From Saprospiraceae bacterium (GTDB taxonomy: Bacteria > Bacteroidota > Bacteroidia > Chitinophagales > Saprospiraceae): a stretch of 64,000 nucleotides of DNA. Positions 48,601 through 56,694 of the stretch are shown one piece after another. The DNA is taken from assembly GCA_020628085.1 (NCBI GenBank), contig JAHDFQ010000005.1, forward strand, positions 2,327 through 66,326, written 5' to 3'. The notes beneath the pieces are model-generated. The model was not told where the DNA came from, did not search any database, and saw only the letters and a list, made by a program, of their open reading frames with translations. Positions within the stretch are counted from its first letter, which is position 1; every line of letters begins with the position of its first letter. The position numbers and the translations under genes are program-made.

Positions 48601-49786
48601 CATGCTCAAAGGAAATTATGAAGATGCTCGCAGTCATTTGGAAACGGCACTAAATACTTTTGAATCAATTGGAGATATACTTGGAATTACTAAATCGTAT
48701 GGAAACCTAGGCAATCTATTTTTTAGACAAGGACAATACGATCAAGCGAAAGAATATTTTGAGAACAGTATACATATTGGTCGCACACTCCCCTACACCA
48801 CTGCTACCGCTCAAATTGTGTCTAATTTAGGTTTGACGCATATGAATCAAGGCAATTATCTAGCAGGTATTCAATGTCAGGAGGAACAACTGGTTCTGGC
48901 ACAGCAACAAAATGACAAACAAGGGATGGCAACCTTGTTTACCAATTTGGGTATCGTTTTATTTGAAAAAGGTGATTATGATGCTGCACTAGAATCGTAT
49001 GAAAAAGGCCTAGAGTTGAGTCAAGAATTGGGTAATAAATTTTTGATGTCGATTGCGATTGGCTGTATTGGAAGTGTCTATGAACGCAAAGGAGACTACG
49101 AAAAAGCACGAGAAAATTTTGAATATGATCTTGATTTGGTTTTGGAATTGGGAGATAAACAAGGTATCGCTATTGTCCACGGTTTATTAGGAAATTTATA
49201 TGCCCTAAAAGGTGATTTTGATTTAGCCATTCCCAACCTAGAAAAACAATTACAACTGTGTAAGGAACTGCACTATCAAAAAGGCATCGCTAAAGCCCTC
49301 AACACGCTAGGTGATGTCTATAGCTTCAAACAAGCGTACGAACGATCCGTCAATTTCTACGATCAAGCCATTGAGGTGACTCGAAAGATTGATAATAAAT
49401 TGGTGCTTGGCACCAGTCTAATTGAAAAAGCCCTGACCCTCATCTATATCCAACAATTGGATGAAGCACATGCACTACAGCAAGAAGCTCAAGAAATTGC
49501 CGATCAACTCGGTAATCAAGACCTAATTTTTGAAGCCCATCGACTAGCGATACGTATTGCAACGGCAAAAGAAGATACCGATACAGCTATTCAACTCTTA
49601 AAATCCCTAGCACCTCAAATTACTAATATCCGACAAGAAGCTAGTGTGGTATATGAATGGTCTAAAATTGATCCGTCCTATAAACCTAAAGCCCTCGCTT
49701 TATATCAACAATTATATAAAGAAACGCCAATGCATTTGTATGGGTTGAGGATAATGGGGTTGGAGAGTAGCGGTAGTCTCACTTAG
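45692..49786 (+). CDS. Tandem class III nucleotidyl-cyclase domains, STAND/AAA P-loop NTPase and TPR array
   Basis: Cyclase domain 1: FTMFIDLSGFT and YFAGDAFTAIF. Cyclase domain 2: DFGDKGGVMVAFIG and VGTQVNLAARLM. Walker A GEAGIGKS at nt 47051-47074, Walker B LIIELEDAHWFDE. More than 10 TPR-like repeats (YGNLGNLFFRQGQYDQAKEYFE and similar). TTG start. Confidence 0.85.
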   Translation: MKQFIPYFILQEYQQQHKNGQFEAFTMFIDLSGFTPLTEAFMKQGIVGAEQLSIRLNGIFAPLVKLVYQRHGFIPYFAGDAFTAIFPLETTPVSVDDILQTALDVQAFFEREGTFDTKFGSFQIGIKIGISVGTVEWGIVGDQQQSFFFRGPAINQSALAQTLAQEQEIIFDAAFSLQVPTALITFDAISKSSFFKLKHIDAQALNNTPIDNSFDKQLSLAEQKALARFIPRSVLRFSELGEFRSVISIFIAFKNVHTYDLLNQFSTIVLEQIHNFSGYFKEIDFGDKGGVMVAFIGAPVSFENNVDRALEFTLALDAETKQLQKTSQLEYKIGITEGTAFTGNIGGVERVQYAVVGTQVNLAARLMTYADWGEVSVDIDIQKDKNFRFRHKGDIRYKGIAQDIPTFTLEGKATENQQIFNGIMVGRTAELQQLEDFIDPIWKDEKMRIVYVYGEAGIGKSRLIYELMKRLETEAVAKNPPERPLLVKWVSCQADQILQKPFNPFIYFLKNYFNQSTQLSSKQNLVQFEDKFQMLIEELVALDDPVKKENGQPIVVELRRTKSILAALIGLNVENSLWNQLDAKGRYQNTLLSLSNLFLAESSLQPLIIELEDAHWFDESSKAFLDEFIRNIRQLPVLLLVTSRYLDDGSKPTLIQKDKITQYDIPVLKMDLNILKTEALQAFAETYLEGSISQEFLKLLKRTTNGNPFYLEQILEYFSESNLLIQKDEVWHIKDKNIKISNSINAILMARVDRLSALVKETVKAAAVIGREFEVPVLSEVLKTQDAFIRRNEDISTVLHEQIQTAERGQIWRAMNELRYIFKHSLLRETVYDMQLRTRLRQLHKLIGEAIEHVYPDQIESRYVDLAFHYEQAEVWDKAKIYLAKAAEYAKRNFQNKQAIRFYDKTLSLINTKTERTEYIKILLRKGSLLELTGDWENCELTYTLALESAMFSNEKVLEARVNNSLGKLLMLKGNYEDARSHLETALNTFESIGDILGITKSYGNLGNLFFRQGQYDQAKEYFENSIHIGRTLPYTTATAQIVSNLGLTHMNQGNYLAGIQCQEEQLVLAQQQNDKQGMATLFTNLGIVLFEKGDYDAALESYEKGLELSQELGNKFLMSIAIGCIGSVYERKGDYEKARENFEYDLDLVLELGDKQGIAIVHGLLGNLYALKGDFDLAIPNLEKQLQLCKELHYQKGIAKALNTLGDVYSFKQAYERSVNFYDQAIEVTRKIDNKLVLGTSLIEKALTLIYIQQLDEAHALQQEAQEIADQLGNQDLIFEAHRLAIRIATAKEDTDTAIQLLKSLAPQITNIRQEASVVYEWSKIDPSYKPKALALYQQLYKETPMHLYGLRIMGLESSGSLT

Positions 49787-49861
49787 AGTGAGGCTACCGC
49801 TAGAGGACATAATTTTTAACCATTTCCCATCAAATCGTAGGCAAAGCCTACGATTTGATGG
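49768..49861 (+). terminator. Two consecutive strong hairpins at the end of the cyclase gene
   Basis: Hairpin 1 (49768-49802), TAGCGGTAGTCTCACT / AGTGAGGCTACCGCTA, spans the stop codon. Hairpin 2 (49827-49861), CCATCAAATCGTAGGC / GCCTACGATTTGATGG, is a perfect 16-bp stem. A T-run follows within 15 nt. Confidence 0.55.
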
Positions 49862-50176
49862 TAGCAAAATTCTTTTTTGCGTTAAATGCAACATTCTAAT
49901 AAATACACTTCCTAGCACAATAGACACTTATAAAACAGAAGGTCTTTGCCCTCGCTAGATTCAAAAACCTGTTTGCCACAGGTAGAATTGCCGACATTAC
50001 GATACTATACTACGCCGAGATTTGTAGAGATAATGAGGTTGTGGGGTTGTGGGTTTTTAAACAGTAAAATACTTTCTAGTGCGATAATTTGCTGTATGCC
50101 CTATCAATTCTCAATACCTTTAAAATCATGAATTTTTCTTTATATTTGTGCTTTATAAATATAAAAATCAACAATA

Positions 50177-52777
50177 ATGATGAAAAGTAGTATCTGTACA
50201 CTTTTAATGTGTCTAACCATAAGTGTGATGGCACAAGAAGACTTTGTTCAACATAATCTAATAGATGAATATTTGACAGGTTTCGAGGTAGGAGACTTTG
50301 ATAACGATGGCGATCTTGATGTTTTTGGGGTTTGGTTGCGATACCAAGCACCTAATAGAATTTTTCTATACCGAAATGTAGGAGGTGAAGGAGCAGATTT
50401 GTTTCAGAAAGAAATTATAGATTTGGAAAATGAAGGTGGTCATCATATTGCTCTTGCCGATATGGACAATGACGGTGATTTGGATGCGGTTCTTTCAGGA
50501 GAAGATACTAATAATATTGTTCTTTTTTCTAATAATGGAGATGGCACATTTACGGAAATACCATTAGGTGTTACTGGTGGAACACAAGTAGAAGTTGCTG
50601 ACTATGAAGGAGATGGAGACTTAGATATTATTACACTTGACACAGAAAATAAACGGGTGTATGTTCATATAGATAATGGCGGAAATCAATTCAGCACACT
50701 TACTTCTAAAACAGTTGCTGATGATCCAGAAGACATATCATTAGGCGATATGGATGGCGATGGTGATACGGATATTGCTTTAGTATTTGGTCTATCTTTT
50801 GGAAAACAGGTAGTCGTTTTAGAAAATAAAGGCTTTACGATCTTAACAGAAAAAGTTGTGTTTGAGGATGATTTACGTTCCGCAGATGAAATATATATAG
50901 CTGACATGAACAATGACAATCGTCAAGATATGGTTGTTTTAGATCAAGAACGAATTTTAATATTTACAAATTTAGGCAATTTATCTTTTGATTTTCAATC
51001 GTATGAAGACCCTAACAATACAAGTGATTTCCTAACGGGTTTAGGACTTGGAGATTTTAATGGTGATGGTAAAATAGATATGTGTGTAAGCGATTTTTCA
51101 CAATCAGAAATTGTTTGGTTTAAAAATAATTATGCCAATGGAATTTATGATTTTCAAGTAGCAGGGGAAGTAGGTCGATACACAGGAGCACGTAATTTTA
51201 GAAGTGCCGATTTTGATTTAGATGGAGACCTTGATGTCGTATCTACCGCAGCCGACTTTGCATGGCATGAAAATCAAGTTACACAAATCGAACCACCGTT
51301 CACAGTTTTTGATGCCATATCAGAAAGTCCAGATCATACCACTTTAGAAACAGCGATTATTGCAGCAGAACTCAATGTTGATTTAGATAATGAAGGAGCA
51401 ATATTTACCATCTTTGCACCAACAGATGCCGCTTTTAATCAGTTGCCAGCAGGTGTTTTAGATGCTTTATTGGATGACCCTATGGGGGAACTCAAAGATA
51501 TTCTATTGTATCATGTACTTGACACCAATGTTCCATCTTCTGACCTGATGAATGGACAAACAGTAATGACTTTAAACGGTAAAGATATTACTATTACAAT
51601 TGACAATAACGAAGTTTTCATCAACGAAGCACAAGTAACCGTAGCAGACATAATGACTGACAACGGAGTGGTGCATGTTATAGATGCTGTCTTAACTCCT
51701 CCTCGAATTACAGTTTTCGATATCATCCAAAATAGCCCCGATCATACCACTTTAGAAACCGCAATTATTGCAGCGGAGTTAGATGATGATTTGAATGGAG
51801 CAGATATATTGACTGTATTTGCTCCCACAGATGCAGCTTTTGCCAATCTACCAGCAGGTGCATTAGATGCGCTATTAGATGATCCAATAGGAGAACTAGC
51901 TCAAACTTTATTATATCATGTCGTAGGTGAAAAGGTGCTATCAACAGATTTGACAAATGGACAAACAGCAACAACACTAAACGGTAAAGATATTACTATT
52001 ACAATTGACAATAACGAAGTTTTCATCAACGAAGCACAAGTAACCGTAGCAGACATAATGACTGACAACGGAGTAGTTCACGTGATAGATGCCGTTTTAA
52101 TGATTCCTCGGACTACTATTTTTGACATTATTCAAGACAGTCCAAATCATACCGTTTTAGAAACCGCTATCCTAGCTGCAGGACTAGATGATGAATTAGA
52201 AGGAGAAGAACTTTTAACTGTTTTTGCTCCCACAGATGCCGCTTTTGCACAATTGCCAGCAGGTGCTTTAAATGCTTTATTAGATGACCCGATGGGTGCG
52301 TTAGCGCAGACTTTATTATACCATGTAGTGGATGGGAATGTTCTTTCTACTGACTTAATGGACGGTCAAAGTGTTGTCACTCTAAACGGAGAAAGCCTCA
52401 CTATTGCCATTAATAATAATACGATATCAATCAATGATTCAGAAGTAACGGTAGCGAATATTGAGACAGATAATGGAGTAGTTCACGTTGTTAGTACGGT
52501 TATTCAACCACCAAATAGTACAAAGGATATTGCTACCATACAACTCAATACTTATCCGAACCCTGTTACAGATTTATTGACCATAGAAATGCCCAATGAA
52601 ATACTCGGTCAAGCTGTAACAGCATTATTGATCGACAATCTAGGTATAACGATAAAATCATTCACACTAACAGAAAACGTCAATACGATTCTTGTTTCGG
52701 ATATACCAGCAGGTATTTACCATTTATCAATAGAAGCAAAAAATACACGAGCTTATCAACTGATCTCTATACATTAA
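50177..52777 (+). CDS. T9SS-secreted protein with FG-GAP/VCBS repeats and three fasciclin (FAS1) domains
   Basis: N-terminal repeats GDFDNDGDLDV, ADMDNDGDLDA, GDMDGDGDTDI and ADFDLDGDLDV. Three FAS1 units (HTTLETAIIAAEL...FAPTDAAF...LLYHV...NGVVHVID). C-terminal CTD YPNPVTDLLTIEM...GIYHLSIEAKN. Confidence 0.88.
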   Translation: MMKSSICTLLMCLTISVMAQEDFVQHNLIDEYLTGFEVGDFDNDGDLDVFGVWLRYQAPNRIFLYRNVGGEGADLFQKEIIDLENEGGHHIALADMDNDGDLDAVLSGEDTNNIVLFSNNGDGTFTEIPLGVTGGTQVEVADYEGDGDLDIITLDTENKRVYVHIDNGGNQFSTLTSKTVADDPEDISLGDMDGDGDTDIALVFGLSFGKQVVVLENKGFTILTEKVVFEDDLRSADEIYIADMNNDNRQDMVVLDQERILIFTNLGNLSFDFQSYEDPNNTSDFLTGLGLGDFNGDGKIDMCVSDFSQSEIVWFKNNYANGIYDFQVAGEVGRYTGARNFRSADFDLDGDLDVVSTAADFAWHENQVTQIEPPFTVFDAISESPDHTTLETAIIAAELNVDLDNEGAIFTIFAPTDAAFNQLPAGVLDALLDDPMGELKDILLYHVLDTNVPSSDLMNGQTVMTLNGKDITITIDNNEVFINEAQVTVADIMTDNGVVHVIDAVLTPPRITVFDIIQNSPDHTTLETAIIAAELDDDLNGADILTVFAPTDAAFANLPAGALDALLDDPIGELAQTLLYHVVGEKVLSTDLTNGQTATTLNGKDITITIDNNEVFINEAQVTVADIMTDNGVVHVIDAVLMIPRTTIFDIIQDSPNHTVLETAILAAGLDDELEGEELLTVFAPTDAAFAQLPAGALNALLDDPMGALAQTLLYHVVDGNVLSTDLMDGQSVVTLNGESLTIAINNNTISINDSEVTVANIETDNGVVHVVSTVIQPPNSTKDIATIQLNTYPNPVTDLLTIEMPNEILGQAVTALLIDNLGITIKSFTLTENVNTILVSDIPAGIYHLSIEAKNTRAYQLISIH
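51573..52074 (+). repeat. 97-bp perfect direct repeat (two copies, 405 nt apart) inside the FAS1 gene
   Basis: 51573-51669 is identical base-for-base to 51978-52074 (TAAACGGTAAAGATATT...GACAACGGAGT). The flanking parts of FAS1 units 1 and 2 are clearly diverged. Confidence 0.95.
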
Positions 52778-52820
52778 TAAAGATCAAAAGAAGCATTTTT
52801 TTGTGTTTCACTATTATGGT

Positions 52821-52863
52821 AAATAAGCCAAGCCACTTTTATAGTGACTTGGCTTATTTATTT
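52821..52863 (+). terminator. Rho-independent terminator
   Basis: AAATAAGCCAAGCCACT / AGTGACTTGGCTTATTT form a 17-bp stem with one mismatch, followed by a T-rich tail. Confidence 0.7.
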
Positions 52864-53002
52864 AAAATATTATCTTGTTCTAAATCAAGGTAAAAATAAC
52901 TAAATAAAATTAATAATCATGGATAAAAAATCTCATTTCCCTCCCAATTGAACAAAGCCCCACCCTACTCGTTTTAGTGAAAATCAAAAAAAAATCAAAA
53001 GC

Positions 53003-53515
53003 ATGGCAACAAATAATTTAACAAAGAAAGAAGCGATAGACAAATTGAAAGAATTGGCAGAGGATGCACGCATCTGTATGATGAGTACTAACTTGGACGC
53101 ACGTCCAATTCCTTCTCGACCAATGGCACTACAGGAAGTAGATGAAAATGGGGTGTTGTGGTTTATCAGTAATAAAAATAGTGATAAGAATCAGCAACTT
53201 CAAAAGGACGCAGAAACACAACTTTATTTTATGAATAGAAGTGACTCTGAATACCTATCTATCTACGGAACAGTCGATATTTATACCGACCAAGAACACA
53301 TCGACGAACACTGGTCGGTCATGGCAAATGCCTGGTTTGATGGTAAAAAAGATCCAGAAGTATCTATTATTGGTGTACGTCCAAAAGATGTATACTACTG
53401 GGATACCAAACATGGTAAGCTAGCTAATATGGCAATGATGGTGTATTCCGCTGTTACCAATGACCGTACGGTTGGCGATGGTGTGGAAGGAGAACTAATT
53501 ATAGGTGAAGTATAA
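53003..53515 (+). CDS. Pyridoxamine 5'-phosphate oxidase-fold protein (general stress protein 26-like)
   Basis: 170 aa. ICMMSTNLDARPIPSRPMALQEVDENGVLWFISN...YLSIYGTVDIYTD...IGVRPKDVYYWD fits the split-barrel GSP26/COG3871 pattern. Confidence 0.7.
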   Translation: MATNNLTKKEAIDKLKELAEDARICMMSTNLDARPIPSRPMALQEVDENGVLWFISNKNSDKNQQLQKDAETQLYFMNRSDSEYLSIYGTVDIYTDQEHIDEHWSVMANAWFDGKKDPEVSIIGVRPKDVYYWDTKHGKLANMAMMVYSAVTNDRTVGDGVEGELIIGEV

Positions 53516-53680
53516 AGAAATATCCCATTAAACCTATAATCCCAAAACCGTATCAAATCTGACGAGTAAAACAGAAAACAAGATTTATCCCAAAACCAAT
53601 TCGTCGGAATATTACTTTTTCTTCATGAAATACAACCTATTTCCTATTGAAAAGGTAATCTGAACCCTAGAACATATTAA

Positions 53681-53727
53681 AAAAAGCGAGTGCAACATAT
53701 TCATTTATGTTGCACTCGCTTTTTTTA
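53681..53727. terminator. Bidirectional terminator between convergent genes
   Basis: AAGCGAGTGCAACAT / ATGTTGCACTCGCTT form a 15-bp perfect stem flanked by A5 upstream and T7 downstream. Confidence 0.8.
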
Positions 53728-53751
53728 TGTAATATGATGTTGTGTATATTC

Positions 53752-54516
53752 CTAGAAAGAAGCCGATGTAAACTGTCGAGCATAGACCGCTGCGCCAATA
53801 ATACCCGCATTATTAAGTAAAGAAGCTGGAACAACAGGTGTTTTTACCGTTAATTCATCTGCGAATTTATCAAATTTCTTACTACCGCCACCCCCTAGTA
53901 AAATCAAATCTGGTGTAAACAAGCGTTCGATGTGTTTTAGATAGACATTAAAGCGAGCAGCCCACTCACTCCACGATAGTTCGTCTCGTTTACGAGCAAT
54001 ATTAGAGCAGCTATATTCTGCTACCTTTGGGTCGTTTGGAAGATACAAATGACCAAATTCCGTATTTGGTATTAACCGTCCGTTAACAAATAAGGCTGAT
54101 CCTAGACCAGAACCAATCGTAATCATAATGACCACACCTTTGGCATTCTTTCCTTTTCCAAACTGTACCTCTGCTAAACCCGCTGCATCTGCGTCATTGA
54201 GCGTTGCTACAGTACATCCAGTTGCTTTGGAAAGCAATTTTTCGGTATCCGTTCCGATCCAAGATTTATCAATATTTGCTGCTGATAAAGCCGTACCATT
54301 TTTAATAATAGCCGGAAATCCACAACCAATTCGATCATCCCAATTAAAATGATCGACGAGTTCTTTTACCGTTTTAGAGACTCTACTTGCCGTAGCTGGC
54401 TTAGGCGTTAATATACGGTGTCTTTCAGAAACTAAAACTCCCGTTTCCACATTTACTAGCGCCCCTTTAATGCCCGTTGCGCCTATATCTACACCTAGTA
54501 TTATTTCTTCTTGCAT
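53752..54516 (-). CDS. ppgK: ROK family sugar kinase, polyphosphate glucokinase-like
   Basis: 254 aa. LGVDIGATGIKGALV (phosphate-1 motif), NDADAAGLAE, GSGLGSALF and LGGGGSKK. It lacks the Cys-rich zinc motif of NagC-type ROK proteins, as PpgK-type enzymes do. Confidence 0.6.
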   Translation of the reverse strand: MQEEIILGVDIGATGIKGALVNVETGVLVSERHRILTPKPATASRVSKTVKELVDHFNWDDRIGCGFPAIIKNGTALSAANIDKSWIGTDTEKLLSKATGCTVATLNDADAAGLAEVQFGKGKNAKGVVIMITIGSGLGSALFVNGRLIPNTEFGHLYLPNDPKVAEYSCSNIARKRDELSWSEWAARFNVYLKHIERLFTPDLILLGGGGSKKFDKFADELTVKTPVVPASLLNNAGIIGAAVYARQFTSASF

Positions 54517-54564
54517 GATTATAGTTAATATGAAGTTTGAAGTTTTTTGATACTTTATCGTATC

Positions 54565-54620
54565 ACAGCCTTTAGGCTGTAAAAAGATAACAATGAGTGA
54601 TTTTACAGCCTAAAGGCTGT
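54565..54620. repeat. Pair of 16-nt palindromic hairpin elements
   Basis: ACAGCCTTTAGGCTGT (54565-54580) and ACAGCCTAAAGGCTGT (54605-54620) are each a 6-bp stem with a 4-nt loop, and each is the reverse complement of the other. Confidence 0.85.
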
Positions 54621-54632
54621 GGTACAAAAAAC

Positions 54633-55520
54633 TTAATCTATTAATTTAATAGTCATTTTGACGTCTTCAACTGGACGATCACCAGGAGCCGTTTTCACAG
54701 CTGCAATTTTATCAATCACATCTAATCCTTCGATCACCTGACCAAAAACAGTATATTCTTTATCTAAAAAGGGAACACCACCTTCTTCTCGAAGAATGGT
54801 TCGTTGTTCTTCAGAATAAGTTAGTCCTTTTCGTTTTTCAAAATTATCAATCGCTGCATCCGTTAGTGGTTGTCCGTGCACAATATAAAACTGTGATCCC
54901 GACGATTTTCGTTCTGGATTGACGGCATCGCCTGTTCGAGCTGCGGCTAATGCTCCTTTGGTATGGACTAAGGTATCTACAAACTCACCTGGTACTTGAT
55001 AGCCTGGACCACCAGAACCTAAGTTTTGACCTGGACGAGCATTACGAGAACGAGGATCACCTCCTTGAATCATAAATCCATCAATCACTCGATGAAACAA
55101 TAATCCATCATAAAAACCATCTTCCACTAATTTGATGAAATTATCTCGGTGTTGTGGAGTGGCATTGTACAATTTAGCGACCATATTACCATATTCTGTT
55201 TGAATTTCAACCAAACAATCTTTTGGTGCCGTAATAAATACTTGTTTTTCCATAACGGATTCCTTTTTCCCTTTTTTTGCTTTTAAAATAACGGTATAAT
55301 TTCCTGATGATTTGTATTGGTGTTCAGGAGAAGCCTCCATAGATGTATTTCCATCTCCAAAATCCCATTCAAAGACTTCTGCTTTTTCCGAAGCATTTTC
55401 AAAATCTACTTTTGCGGGTGCAGGTTCATCTGCGCCAGAATAGGTAAAATCCGCAATTGGTTTACCACAACCAGCCGCTACTACAATAACTATAACTAAA
55501 TATAATAATCTGTTCTGCAC
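54633..55520 (-). CDS. Cyclophilin-type peptidyl-prolyl isomerase with an N-terminal PKD domain (lipoprotein)
   Basis: Lipobox VAAGC. PKD signature FEWDFGDGNTSMEASPEHQYKSSGNYTVILKA. Cyclophilin core FHRVIDGFMIQGGDP...GSQFYIV...YTVFGQVIEGLDVIDKI. GTG start. Confidence 0.88.
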   Translation of the reverse strand: MQNRLLYLVIVIVVAAGCGKPIADFTYSGADEPAPAKVDFENASEKAEVFEWDFGDGNTSMEASPEHQYKSSGNYTVILKAKKGKKESVMEKQVFITAPKDCLVEIQTEYGNMVAKLYNATPQHRDNFIKLVEDGFYDGLLFHRVIDGFMIQGGDPRSRNARPGQNLGSGGPGYQVPGEFVDTLVHTKGALAAARTGDAVNPERKSSGSQFYIVHGQPLTDAAIDNFEKRKGLTYSEEQRTILREEGGVPFLDKEYTVFGQVIEGLDVIDKIAAVKTAPGDRPVEDVKMTIKLID

Positions 55521-55540
55521 GTTCTTAATTTTATTTTTTT

Positions 55541-55577
55541 AAGTAAAGTAAGGAGTTGACTAAAGTCAACTCCTTAC
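55541..55577 (-). terminator. Hairpin terminator candidate after the upstream cyclophilin gene
   Basis: GTAAGGAGTTGAC / GTCAACTCCTTAC form a 13-bp perfect stem, but the minus-strand tail TTTACTT is only weakly U-rich. Confidence 0.5.
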
Positions 55578-55586
55578 TCGTCCAAT

Positions 55587-56237
55587 TTAATCGATAATTC
55601 GAACTTTCATACGAACATCTTCTATCGGACGATCACCAGGTGCGGTTTTCACAGCCGCAATTTTATCTACGACATCTAATCCTTCAACAACCTCGCCATA
55701 AACCGTATAATCCATATCCAAAAATGGCGCACCACCTTCTTCTAAATATTTCTTGCGTTGCGCTTCGTTGTACTTGATTCCTTTTTGTTGTTCCATCATA
55801 TCTAACTGAGCAGCAGTAACTGGTTTTCCTTGTACGATATAGTATTGACAACTTGATGATTTCTTTTCTGGATTCTGAGGGCCACCCGTTCGAGCGGCAG
55901 CCAATGCCCCTTTCGTATGAATATGCCCGATCTCTGCATCTACTAAATAACCCAATCCACCTGCTCCTAGGCGTTGTCCTGGCTGAGCTGTTTTAGAATC
56001 TGGATCACCACCTTGAATCATAAACCCACCCATTACACGGTGAAATAATAATCCATCATAGAAACCTTCTTCGGCTAGTTTGATAAAATTATCTCGATGT
56101 AAGGGCGTATCATTATATAACTTCACTTTGATATTGCCATAGTCCGTTTCAATCTCTGCATGTGTAAATTTCTCTCCTCCACAAGCCGTCATACCCAACA
56201 ATACGGCACCCAATATGAACATAAATAAACGAGTCAT
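55587..56237 (-). CDS. Cyclophilin-type peptidyl-prolyl isomerase (lipoprotein)
   Basis: Lipobox LGMTAC. FHRVMGGFMIQGGDP, SSCQYYIV and YTVYGEVVEGLDVVDKI. Paralog of the adjacent gene. Confidence 0.9.
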   Translation of the reverse strand: MTRLFMFILGAVLLGMTACGGEKFTHAEIETDYGNIKVKLYNDTPLHRDNFIKLAEEGFYDGLLFHRVMGGFMIQGGDPDSKTAQPGQRLGAGGLGYLVDAEIGHIHTKGALAAARTGGPQNPEKKSSSCQYYIVQGKPVTAAQLDMMEQQKGIKYNEAQRKKYLEEGGAPFLDMDYTVYGEVVEGLDVVDKIAAVKTAPGDRPIEDVRMKVRIID

Positions 56238-56301
56238 TATTATAATTTTTAGTTTTTAAATAAGGAGGTGACTGAAGTTATCTCCTTATTAATATATTAT
56301 A

Positions 56302-56694
56302 CTAAGCATCCAAACTACCTAAGCCAATTGCTTGATGTTCTTGATCTAAATCTTTAAAATATCGAATAATTTTCACCTTCAAATATACTTCTTGCTCTTC
56401 TACACCACTGTGATCTATTATTTTCAATGCCTTCCAATGTGGCCAACCATCCGCATCTCTCCCTACAAATTCGTAATATCCGTCATAACTTAATAAGCGG
56501 CATACAGCTATGTGCATTAAGTCCTGCTTTTCTTCTTTGGTAAACGATGATTTCCATCGACCTAATTCCTGCATACCGACCATCATCAAAACGGCATTCA
56601 TAGATGGTAATTCCTCTTTGCCAACTGCATTTTTAACCAAATGACGAACTTTAAGCCATTCAAAATCAAGCTCCCACGTTTCTAATTTTTCCAA
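56302..56694 (-). CDS. Hypothetical cytoplasmic protein
   Basis: 130-aa clean ORF with protein-like composition and no recognised domain. TTG start. Confidence 0.5.
   Translation of the reverse strand: MEKLETWELDFEWLKVRHLVKNAVGKEELPSMNAVLMMVGMQELGRWKSSFTKEEKQDLMHIAVCRLLSYDGYYEFVGRDADGWPHWKALKIIDHSGVEEQEVYLKVKIIRYFKDLDQEHQAIGLGSLDA

Noticed and set aside
49946-50351. ORFs 49946-50131(+) and 50076-50351(-) in the spacer before the FG-GAP/FAS1 gene.
   Set aside because: The translations are Cys/Leu/Ser-rich with no motif. The minus ORF overlaps the signal peptide of the real gene. The region is kept as non-coding of unknown role (see finding).
56251-56295. Terminator hairpin AATAAGGAGGTGAC / GTTATCTCCTTATT after the 56302-56694 gene.
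   Set aside because: On the relevant (minus) strand the two imperfect positions become A-C mismatches rather than G-U pairs, and there is no clear U-tract. The support is too weak to list as a feature.
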